Positions 13,861-24,528 of a stretch of DNA of 64,000 nt are shown one piece after another. The stretch is from Craspedostauros australis (Eukaryota). The stretch is taken from contig JALAGF010000723.1 of the NCBI GenBank assembly GCA_030167865.1, positions 1 to 64,000 on the forward strand, written 5' to 3'. Positions within the stretch are counted from its first letter, which is position 1. Every line of letters starts with the position of its first letter. Both the position numbers and the translations under genes were made by a program. The notes below the pieces were generated by a model. It was given only the letters and a program-made list of their open reading frames with translations, was not told the origin of the DNA and searched no databases.

Positions 13861-14373
13861 CTAAAATCTGCGCTTCAAGTTTCTTCCCTTCCTCCGCTCC
13901 AGGTCTCTTTCTTTGGCCTTGGCGTGGTAGCCTGTCAGCTCTTTCTTCTTTTTTGCTTGCCTTCGTACCATTTTTTGTTCCTGGGCATCAGTCATATCAT
14001 TGCGGGCGCTGCGATTGCCAACCTTCCTCTCTCCCTTGGATACCCTGTCTCCGTGCATCTTCTTCATCATTTTCTGCGTCATTTCTGACTTCTTCTCTGC
14101 TGATCGAATAGTTTGGGTGACGGATGCATGGAGTCTCTTCTCAAGGTCACTGCCGAGTGGGTGGCGGTGTGAGACGATCATCGCTTTTTGTCCGGGATCA
14201 TGCTTGATACTCAGATGACCTTTAATTCCGAGCTTGTGTTGTATTGCCTTGATCGTCTCGCCACCTCGGCCGATGATGAGCCCTGTGTAGTCTCTCTTGC
14301 ATGCAACTTTGACGACGGTGGGGGCACTTGGGGGAGCAGGGGCGACATTGCCTTCTGCCGTGGCCGATGCCAT
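13861..14373 (-). CDS. Small KH-domain RNA-binding protein with a basic C-terminal tail (170 aa)
   Basis: KH signature GLIIGRGGETIKAIQ (GxxG loop), ATG start, Lys/Arg-rich tail. Confidence 0.75.
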   Translation of the reverse strand: MASATAEGNVAPAPPSAPTVVKVACKRDYTGLIIGRGGETIKAIQHKLGIKGHLSIKHDPGQKAMIVSHRHPLGSDLEKRLHASVTQTIRSAEKKSEMTQKMMKKMHGDRVSKGERKVGNRSARNDMTDAQEQKMVRRQAKKKKELTGYHAKAKERDLERRKGRNLKRRF

Positions 14374-14928
14374 TGCTTCGAAGTTGTCTCGGCTTGCTGT
14401 TGACTTGGCGGAGGGCGATTCAGCTCATGGAACTGTGCTGCTTCCGAACATTAGTATCCTCGACCAAGTTGTGAACTTTGTGATCTGGTTGTTCCAGCCA
14501 TGATGTGATGCGGTGCCGTCAGCAGGAGCAGGAACGGCAACAGTGACAGCATAGTCATGAGCGTGGACGTGACCCTCGGGAAACGCACCGCCACTGCTAC
14601 GATTCGAAGGGGTGCGAACGGTCTCCTGTACGTAGCAAAACCTACGGAGTAAAAAATACAAACCGTGCGATCTTTAGCGCCAGTAGGGATCGGGTATAGA
14701 GATCAAACAAGTCGAGTCTCCGCACAGTCAAGTCCGGAGCATGACTCCTCTGCGGCTTGGAGAGCCCACGTCTCCAGAGAGAGAGAGAAAGAGAGTACGT
14801 ATTCTGACGACATTCGCCTCGCGCAGATGGATGCTCCCTCTTAGCTTTGTGCAAGACCAACGACGACACAAGATACTGCTCTATACGTAAGATCCTGAAC
14901 TCTGTCTTGCGTATGGCATGGACTAAAT

Positions 14929-17301
14929 TCACATTGATAGCGTACCGTTCATGACGGTTTGTGCCGTGCCGGACAGGATGACACAAGCATCGTCCGCAGC
15001 AGCACTGCTGGTGTCGCGCATCTGGCATTCCACGATGCCTGTGCGCTTGGATAGCTGTTTGCCGATGACATTGGGCTTGCCCAGCTTCTGGACAAAGTGC
15101 GGCGCGAGTATGCAGTGGGCCGATCCGGTGACGGGATCCTCGTCGATGCCTGCCTTGGGACCAAAGAAGCGTGACCAGAAGTCGACAGTCGGCGCAGCGT
15201 TGATGCAAGCTCGATTGGCCTTCTCCCGCTTCGCTCTCTGCCTAGCTTCCTCCAGTCGCTGTCCTGACATCAGCTCGTCATCTGACAGGGGACGGTCATG
15301 ATCGCTGTACTCGTCGTCTTCCGCTGGCACTGAGTGGCTGTGGGCGTCGTCAGTAGTCATGGTATGCCCATGCCCACGTCCATGTGCGCGCCCGTTTCTG
15401 CTGCTGCTGCTGTTGTTGTTGTTGCGATTAGGACCGCCGCCGACACTGGATGGGATGCCGCCGACGATGACGTTCTGCTGTTGGGTGCTTGTAACCGTCG
15501 GTGCCACGCAGCAGATGATCACACCTCGCGAATACCCGTCGTACTCTAGAAAGGCCGCGATGTTGACGGTCTGGATCTGTTTGAAGTCGGCGGGCGTGAT
15601 CTCGATGAGGAGATCGCCAACATCCGCGTTGAAGCCCACGTAGATCGGTTTGATGGCGAAGCCGAACGCTACGCGCAGCATTTTAACAATCTGCGATAGA
15701 TCACGTTTGGATGCGACTTCCACCGACAGTTTGATGGGGAATTGCATGCTGATCTTGGTGCATTTGGACTGCTGCAGGTCCTGCTCCGGCTGTGGCTCGC
15801 AGGTGTCTTGATCCACAGTCGATGCGGGAGAAGGAGCACAAGTCACCGACTTTGCACGGTTCAAAGTCAGCACGTCATTGCGCGCATGGCACACGATGGT
15901 GTCGATGCTGCCTTGCTTCTGGGTCGGCTGCACGGTTTGGAACACGACCGCAGCGCTGGCCAAGGTGGCGTGCCCACACAGGCCGATTTCGACCGTCGGA
16001 GTGAAGTATCGGATGGTGTAGTGCAGTCCATCCGCTGCCCCTCCAGATTGCGGGATGAGGAAGGCGGTTTCAGATAGATTGAACTGGGCCGCGACTTTTT
16101 GGCACCAGCGCACGAGATCACTGGTGTCCGGCGGGGTGCTGGCAGGTAGCATGACGACGGCAGCTGGATTTCCGGTTCCCGCTTCGGCCGTTGGGTACGA
16201 AGATGACGCAACTGCGTCGATGTCAACGTCAACGCTGGCTGACAGGCAGCAGAATGCGTTGACGATGTAGCATGGGTAGCTTGGCTCTGCCGCGCATAAG
16301 TTTTGCGGAATTGACACGTCACCAAGCAACGGCGCAAGTGCCACATCAGCAACGGGCGCCGCCAGCGGACATTCGACCAAATAATGTCCAAATTTGTGAT
16401 CGGACGGTTTGACGATGGTGAAGCCGCACCGTATGTAAAGTTCTAGCCATCGCGGAGGGATGATGCGGACGATGCGATCGATGGGGTGCACCTCCCCTGT
16501 CCGCACCGTCTCGCGCACGTTGCCGACGTACTCCATGAGCATGTCGGCGACGAGGGAGGGGGCGACGTCGTGCGGTGGCGTGGATGCGGATGCCTCGTCG
16601 TCGTTTTCGTAGTTGCGGAAGTCGCCGCGCAGCACGACCGAATGCAGGACCAGCATGGGTCCTCGGATGTCGTGCAGGTTCGTGACGGCGCTGTCATCGT
16701 GATTTCGCGAGAATGAGTTTCTATCTTTGGCTTCGTTGGCACGACGTTCCGTGCTGTCCTGCTGTTGTGGTTTGTTTTGCTGGCTCTGCGCTTGCTTCTG
16801 CTGCTGCAGTGGTTGTTGTTGTTGCTGCTGATGGTTTTGCTTGTGATATGCGCCGAATTTCATGATCTGATCAAGGGATGTGCATCGCGTGGCGCAGATG
16901 AAGCCGATGATGTTGCAAGGGTCGTCATCATCATCGTTGTGATGTTGGACTTGGGCAAGTTTGATGCCGTTGTGCTCGCTGGAGGAATTGTGGCTCTCGC
17001 TCACATGCGACTGATGATCAACAGCGCTTGGGCCTTGCTCTTCGGATTGTTGGTGCACTTGCCCTGAATCTGTTTGCTGAGTCAATGGCGGATCGTGATC
17101 GTCAGGATGGTCATCGTTGTCGGAATGGTGCATGTCCTCTTCGGAGGCGACGTAGGTGGCGCAGCGGAAGAAGCACGCGGCATGATGCTGCCTGTACTGC
17201 AGATCATTCTTGCTCGACCATTCGGCCTTGTGCTTCCACCCTCGCTCCAGCTCCAAGCAGGTGGACACGTCGGTCGGGTGCGCTCTGCGGTACTTGATCA
17301 T
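14929..17301 (-). CDS. Fusion of an N-terminal GNAT-like domain and a C-terminal PhzF/PhzC-like isomerase (790 aa, single exon)
   Basis: PhzF motifs GNPAAVV, FNLSETAF, RYFTPTVEIGLCGHATLA, SRFFGPKAGIDEDPVTGSAHC. GNAT-like elements YRRAHPTDV..CLELE, IIGFICAT, LVLHSVVL, LYIRCGF. Confidence 0.85.
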   Translation of the reverse strand: MIKYRRAHPTDVSTCLELERGWKHKAEWSSKNDLQYRQHHAACFFRCATYVASEEDMHHSDNDDHPDDHDPPLTQQTDSGQVHQQSEEQGPSAVDHQSHVSESHNSSSEHNGIKLAQVQHHNDDDDDPCNIIGFICATRCTSLDQIMKFGAYHKQNHQQQQQQPLQQQKQAQSQQNKPQQQDSTERRANEAKDRNSFSRNHDDSAVTNLHDIRGPMLVLHSVVLRGDFRNYENDDEASASTPPHDVAPSLVADMLMEYVGNVRETVRTGEVHPIDRIVRIIPPRWLELYIRCGFTIVKPSDHKFGHYLVECPLAAPVADVALAPLLGDVSIPQNLCAAEPSYPCYIVNAFCCLSASVDVDIDAVASSSYPTAEAGTGNPAAVVMLPASTPPDTSDLVRWCQKVAAQFNLSETAFLIPQSGGAADGLHYTIRYFTPTVEIGLCGHATLASAAVVFQTVQPTQKQGSIDTIVCHARNDVLTLNRAKSVTCAPSPASTVDQDTCEPQPEQDLQQSKCTKISMQFPIKLSVEVASKRDLSQIVKMLRVAFGFAIKPIYVGFNADVGDLLIEITPADFKQIQTVNIAAFLEYDGYSRGVIICCVAPTVTSTQQQNVIVGGIPSSVGGGPNRNNNNSSSSRNGRAHGRGHGHTMTTDDAHSHSVPAEDDEYSDHDRPLSDDELMSGQRLEEARQRAKREKANRACINAAPTVDFWSRFFGPKAGIDEDPVTGSAHCILAPHFVQKLGKPNVIGKQLSKRTGIVECQMRDTSSAAADDACVILSGTAQTVMNGTLSM

Positions 17302-18734
17302 CGTTCCGGGCGGATTTTGTGTTTGTTTTTGTGATGATCTGCCGAGCTGGATATCTGTACTCTTTGAGTATAATATGGAGTACTCTTTGGAGCAGAGTAC
17401 TACGTGATTTCACTTCACTCGATTCTGCTCAATCAGTATCCTTTCTCGCACAATATTTGTAGTGCGGATATTGCAAGATGTCCTTAATTGGCTCGTTCCA
17501 CAGCAAGGTTCACTGACTGGGAGAACACTGTCTGGTCGCTGCTCTGGTGTTTTCCCTTGATAGACTGGTACCCACACTGGACCTCTGGCAGATATAATGG
17601 TGCACAATCCCCGGCCTGGATGTCGGCTGAGTAGCTGAGTGCTTGAACGTCGCAACTGAAGCGACAGTTGGGGGTTGAAGCGCTGGGTCTGGTTCCTCTC
17701 GCAAGCCGAGAGATGGGTTTATTGCAGTTCTCCAATCGATTGCTCTATCCTTCTCAGCTTGAGCTCTCTGTGGAGCGTGCTGTCTCTGCTCTACCTTCTT
17801 GGACGATGATCTCTTTGGTCGACGAACCCAGATCTGAGCGTCGGATCAAGAGCAGCAGGAGCTATGTCGCCAATTGCTAAAGCCTTCCCACAACTGTGCT
17901 GAGACAAGGAATGACGAAGCCCCGCCGCGGCACCTGTTGCAGCACCTCTTGCTGCAATCCGCCCAGCTTCCAAACCCAACGTACTCGGGGTACGTTTAGG
18001 TTGCGCTGACAACGATGCTGCCGTAATGCTGTCGTAATGCTGTCGAAGTGTTGTATTGATCAAGTATTATATCCACCAATCGATGTGGAGGTTGGCAAAT
18101 GTTTGGGGACAGACCAGGAACGATCCTTCGCGAAACAACGACAACGACAACGACAACGACATCCAAACAAGCGCCAACCAAACAGCACAAGAAGAGAGAG
18201 AGAGAGGATTCATGAGGTGGATGACGTCCACCATCCACGCACAGAACAACGCCATCACAGGAACACTGATGTGGGTGGAGGTGACGACGATTTTGGATTC
18301 CCGCGACTGCAAGCAACGCGAACATTTGTGCACAAAAGCGGATGGGCGTTGTGTCACGAGATGGATCCAGAACTTCCGCACTTTTTTGGAGTGCGTTGCT
18401 TCGGTGTCACTATTGTGACGTCATCGGACCTTCCACGAAGCGACGGAAGGTGGTCAAGACGTAATTTATGACATTTAGTATGGACATGGCAGTCTACGTA
18501 TTGGTATGTGCGACCTACTCGTGATTTTGAGAAGAGACTGGGGGAGACAATCACCCTGAAGTGTGCAGCGCCGGTACACTCCTTTCTCTACTAGTGCCAC
18601 AGTATCGCCTACCAGTGCCTGTATACACATAGTGCGTTGATGCATGTGCAGGCTTACTATCCAGAGTACTCTAGTCAAGGTTTGCGTGAAAACTGCACTT
18701 CCACCTTCTGTCTGTTGGTCAGCGCTCCGTCTTC

Positions 18735-18838
18735 GCTGCTACTGTTGTTGCTACTGTTGTTGCTACTGCTGCTGCTGCTACTACTACTACTGCTGCTACT
18801 ACTACTACTGCTGTTGCTGCTGCTGTTATTGCTGTTGG
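18735..18838. repeat. Imperfect (CTG/CTA/TTG)n trinucleotide microsatellite
   Basis: About 34 consecutive CTG-type triplets read directly. Confidence 0.9.
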
Positions 18839-19429
18839 CATTACCTCACCGCTCTCTGAAAGTCTGGACAGTGCTTGTTCAAGAATTCACACGTGTACGT
18901 TTGAGTGGATGTGTCATCACAGTAACGGCGGGTACCAATCCGTTGTCTGGTTGCCTTCACTCTCCGTTCTGTAATTGCACATGGAAGACGCAGTATGAAT
19001 CAATGCTGCTGTTACTTCTGCTTTTTACAGTTAGGCACGAGTGTGTGTTGCTGTTGGAGTTGCGCTGGTTGGCGCCCCTACGGTCGTGCTGCTATGCTGT
19101 GCTTTACGATGCTGTGTTTGATATGTAGTGCTATGTGTTATCGTGAAGTGCAGTGCCACGCCGCGCGCTTTGCTGCCTGATGCTGCGCGGCGCGACTCTT
19201 TGCGTTCTTTGTACATCATTTGCGTCTGTGCACTAGCATGGTCTCGCTCGGTGCTGCGCTGCGCTGTCCTACGGTGCGTGGTGATGAAGATTCATCGTCC
19301 TCAGCTGTCTCTTTGCGGCGCTTTTGGGCGGTCGCCAGTTGGATGCGCGCGTGTTGGAGCCGCCACCAACGCGTCCGTGCACGTTTCGTCGGTTGCCGCT
19401 TCTCACATGCGCCGCTTCACGAGCGTCCA

Positions 19430-19798
19430 TCAGTGCAGCCCGCACGAGGAGAAATGGAACGGCTGGTCTTGTTGAGTTGCCTGCTGTTGATATTCGTCTT
19501 GATCTATCCACAGGAGATCTTCGTCCGCATCATCGGCCAGCAGCTCCAGGACCTCATCGATGATGACCGTTATCTCCGAGGCGCGGCAGCCGGATTGCGA
19601 CTCACATGTTGAGGAAGGGTGCGCCGGTTGGTTCCGGCCATGGCCTTGCTGCTGGAGTTGCTGCTGATCCATGTTGTCTGTTGGCGCGGACGATGATGAC
19701 AACGATCCGCTCGAGGTCGTCGGACTTGATGCCGAGATGGCATCTCTCATCGACGATGCTGGCAGGCTTTGGTCTGTTTGCGCCGTCTCGATCTTCAT
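19430..19798 (-). CDS. Possible small acidic hypothetical protein (122 aa)
   Basis: ATG is preceded by an A/C-rich leader like those of the clear genes in this window. Ser/Gln-rich sequence with an amphipathic acidic segment EITVIIDEVLELLADD. No family recognised. Confidence 0.4.
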   Translation of the reverse strand: MKIETAQTDQSLPASSMRDAISASSPTTSSGSLSSSSAPTDNMDQQQLQQQGHGRNQPAHPSSTCESQSGCRASEITVIIDEVLELLADDADEDLLWIDQDEYQQQATQQDQPFHFSSCGLH

Positions 19799-22700
19799 GA
19801 TGGCGATGATGTCTCGATGTTGACGCTGTCGTTGCTTGCTGTCGTTGCTTGCTGTCGTTGCTTACTGTATCCTTTGCTGTGGTGAGGCGTGTCGATAGGA
19901 GGAGAGTCTGGAGACAAGCCGAGAGAGTGTTGTTGCGGGGTGAAAATGGTTTGAGTTGGCAGAGTGCGTGTTTGGACTGGGTTGTGATTTATGATGTACG
20001 ATAAAACGAAAGCGGATGGGTGCTGAGAAAGATACAACAGCAACAACTACAACGACAAGAACAACAGGAAGAACAACGACAACAGCAGGAGCTGGAACAA
20101 CATTACGAGTACCGCACTGGCTGCGATCATTCACTTCCTGGACTGCTGTGAGTTCTCCACCCACTTTACACAGCCTCGGCGTTGCCAGCCGTGCTGACAC
20201 CAAGAACGCCAGATCATGTCTCGGTTATGAGAAAGATGGCCAATGGTGGTATCTTTCGGAGGCGTTTCTGGCGCGCCCCAAAGATAGTTGCGTCGCAATG
20301 GATTACTTATTGGGTGTGACGTTGTTTTCTGTTGACCAAAAACACGACAAGGATCAGAATGACAGCGACCGAATCGGTCTTTCTTCGTGTCGCACCTTGA
20401 GATGTGTTTATGGATTCCTACTATTCGACATGCGTGGCGTGAAGTGCCCCGAACTCCAGGACTGACGTCAAGGTGTCAAACGGCGCTTTCGATGCCGCTC
20501 GCCCACAAAATTCCGGAACAGCGCACTATCAATAGGGGAGGTTGGTCGGCAATTCGCGGAAGCTGGAGTGCAACACCGAGTTTCGACAGACAAACACCCA
20601 CCATGATCACGCAGACGTGTACGCACCTGTGGATGCGCGCCTCCCTCCAGAAAGAGGGAACACAAGCGACGCGATGTGATGCGATGTGATGTCATGGAAT
20701 GTCAGCGCCATGTTGGTTGGACCATCTCACAAACAAACGACGCCAGACGACATGATCAGGTAACGAGGCCAACAGCGCAAACACCGACATCGACATATCA
20801 TGGACCACATGTGCACAAATGCACACGGATTGTTTGTAAAATCGCAGCATGCTTATGGTACCATCGCTCATCCACGCCTCTAACAAGTATCGCCGCGGCG
20901 CACCAACTCGTTATTCTTGGGCGGGGCTGTATTTCATTATTGTCCAAACTCCATTCATCTTGTCCACGTGGAGGTTGCAGTTGCATTTGCATTCGCGGTC
21001 GCGGTTGTGTTTGTGCCGTGCCTTTCAGGCACCCGCCATCATGTTTCTTGTCCACCTTCGTGCCTCCTGTCAGACCATGTGCCCTCAATCGATACTCTAC
21101 TCTGCGGACAGCCGCCTCTGATACACGCGCTGCAATCGCTTCGTTTGGCGGTGTGGTATCGCAACTTGTTTCGATTTCCCAGCGGAACGGTCGGGCGAAG
21201 CGAAACCGGATGATGAAGTAGTTCATTTGCGTCCATGCGGTGACATCCTGTAAACACCGCTATGCTACTGCATGCGGTGTGATGAAGCTTGACCCGTTCT
21301 TACGATCAGTTGGGACAGACTTGGTCCGGGACTGATACGGGACTCACATGTCCAGCTCGCGTACACAGTACTTGGTATCCGAAACCAATACTGTGATGAA
21401 AGTCTACCGCGCACATGGTGTGTAGTTGAATCACAATCCACACCCTGCTTGCCCTCCAGCACACGCACCTCTGCCACCTGTCCGGCTAACCATCTTGCAA
21501 CACCTACACGCATCTTGAAGCATATCCATGCCAATGGATCAGGCATTGCGCCACTGATGGTACCTCTAGACAGCTGTGGGAGCAGAACAACCACGACATG
21601 TTGTTGTACAACAAGAACGGCTGAAGCACGACAGCATGAACCCCTACCTTTCTACTCAATCATCCATTCAATAGAAGCTTAACACATAAAACAAGCAATC
21701 AGAAACAATCTTCACAGCTTACTTCCAAGTCTACTACAGTTACACCATTGCCTGATACAGCTTTGTTCTCAACATCAAACGGCGCCAAAAACCGGTTGAA
21801 GGACAGACCATCCTCCTGACAACGTGCAAAAGACACGGAATACCAACTCGATCTATCTCTCCTGTTGTCACCTGCTCTTTTTCTCTTCTACGCCAACAAC
21901 GACGAGCCTTCCAATCCAACAACGGGAACCAGTCTATCTTCGAATGGAGTATCGTATTGGCAGAGCCAGCTGAAGAATAGAGCATCATTCTCATGTACCA
22001 CATGTACCTATTGCTATAACCACATGGGCATCATTGCCATGTACTAGGATTACATACTCTGCCTCTCCAATACTATTCCACTTTGCCACATACTCTCCAC
22101 TCTATCTTTTCAACAATTGGCACCATTTCATCACACCGCATCACATGCAACAACAGTACAGTGACAATAGTTGGTGTGGTGCTATCAACATCGACATGAG
22201 CAGATGCACAGGGATGTGTTTCATTCAACACGTAATCAGATCCGCTCTTCTTCGTCTTCGAGAAATAAACAAGCAGCAGCAGTCTAAGCAACAGAAGAAT
22301 ACCATTGTGTCGTTCGCTGTGAACATCAACCATGCAGTCACGCCGTGTTTCTCATTCCCTGACTTCTGCCACTTGAGGCATCACACAATCGACTTGGTTC
22401 CGTCGCCACGTGGCAACCATCTGGCTTCACAAGATGTGTCGATCACAAATCAACCGCCTGTGGCATGCAGAGGAGACTCGGTCGATTTTTGACGGATGGA
22501 GTCGATCGCTCGATCTTCACAACATGCCAAACAAATCCTGATGCACTCGCATTCGAATGCCTCTCGTAAGTGGAGTATTGGCGTTTCCACATGCTTGCGG
22601 AAGGCGCTTCATTGCCAAGGCAGCAGCACCGCGCAGCAGCGGCGACCACGATGATAATGATGAACTTCTTGCGGCGTGCTCTGACTGCATGATCCATCCT

Positions 22701-24528
22701 ACAGTTGATGGTGCCGTTCGTATTCCTGTCGACGCGGCTCGACGTGCAGATTCCGCCTCGTCCATCTGGCCGCTGGGGACAAAGCCACTCAAAGAATAGC
22801 CAAACGCTTGCGCCACAGCCGGCTGATTGATTGGTTGCGTGTGCGTGTGTGCGTGCCATTGTGCGGACACAGATGCTCTTCCGTCGTCTCTTGCTCTTGT
22901 GTTCATTCATTTCCATGATTGCTGCATCGTGAGATATCGATATCGATGGCAATGGCGTTGATGAGGCCACATCAGAAGACGTAGCTCCTCACTTTGCCGC
23001 ACACCATGCCGACAAATCCTGTCAATCCATCGACCGTATGTCTCTCATTCGTGCCGTTGGCGGCTGCTCCAGTTGTTGTTGTTGTTGTTGTTGTTGTTAT
23101 GTTGTGTGGAAATCTTGTATCATCCAGTCCAGTCCGGTCCATGTCCAGTCCAACACGAGGAACTCGCCCACACTCGTACGCGGAGGTGCGGACTCTTGCC
23201 GTCTATCGCAAGTGTGCAAGTATGAGGAAGATCATGTGATTGCTTCGTCACGTGACACCATTCGAGCTGCAGTGCATTCCTATCGACGATGGCAGGAACG
23301 AGCTCTTGTTGCATGGCCAGAACCGAGACCAACCAATCCTTCATGGCAGACAATGGGCTCTGAGAAATGAGACGCCTCACCACTCGCAAGTGTGGTGAAC
23401 GCTGCTTGGGGAAACGTCTCCGAGCACGAGATCGTGAGCGCCTGTATCAGCCCGCCATCATACCTAACCACGGACGTGGGTGGCCACATGTTTGCATGTT
23501 CTCGTGGACAGTCCGTCGAGAGCGTTTGGGTCGTGGTGTGCTCAAAACAGATCGAAGTGATTGATGGATGGGTGTGTTGTGGTGACGCGAAAGTTAACAA
23601 ACCAAAAGAGGCAGGCTTCGTGCCGATGCACTTTGTGACACCAATCGAATCGACCATACGACTACTCCACTCTGTTCTCTCCCGCCGCATTTGTCCGTTC
23701 CACGAAATGTGCAACAGTCCTTCCCACCTTTCACGTTCAAGGGAGATGCTCATACTCTGCTTCGCCTTGTGCTTCAGCTTTTCGCCATTGTGCCCGGAGC
23801 GAGACACGATGATAGTTCTGATGCAATGAGAGACTAGATCACCTCGTCGGAGTCACGAAGCATCCAAGGAGGGTCAAACGCATCTGCGCAGACAGAGACG
23901 ACGAGCTTGGATTTTATGGGTGACACACGTTCGCTCAGTCATCATGTGCTTTGCAACGATTGTTCACAATGCAAATGAGAACGTTGGCGAAGCAGAGTCA
24001 TTGGATGTGATGGCTCTTCAACGAACGCCAAAAGCTCACGCTCCTGACAGTCCACGCATGTTGATGGCATTTGGCGAGAAGTGGAATGACCATGGTAGCA
24101 TTCGAACCAGCCCATGAAACAAACCATCCAGAGGGAAGAACCATCCCACGAACAAATACAGTCGCATAGATCGTGCTCGTGTGGAAGACGCAACAGTGAT
24201 GGAAAGCAAAAATTAAAATAGTATTGGAGCAGTAGAGGAGACGAAATGACTCTCTGCGGTGTTGGTATGCACGAGCAGAGGTCAAAAGGTCGAGAGTCTT
24301 TGTGCAAAGTCTCCGCATCATGACAGGTGAACCTTCTACTTTGTTCTGCAGATGTTCAGCGGATGGAATGGCCAAGCCAAATTGACGCATGTTGGAATGC
24401 GATGCCATGCAATCGCAGGATCAAACTGCGCTGTGTCTTTGCCATCACTTCATACGAGAAGTGCAAACAGCGCCAGCACCGCACCCCCACTGCTACCGCT
24501 GGCTGGCTGCTGAGTGGACGATTTCGTC

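Noticed and set aside
18637..19128. ORF with more than 30 consecutive Leu, and CAG/TAG alternation on the other strand hinting at stop reassignment
   Set aside because: Explained by transitions in a CTG microsatellite; real genes in this window end at TAG, TAA and TGA normally.
21240..22330. CpG-poorer, A/C-rich stretch that might be a transposon remnant
   Set aside because: No recognisable protein motif or termini.
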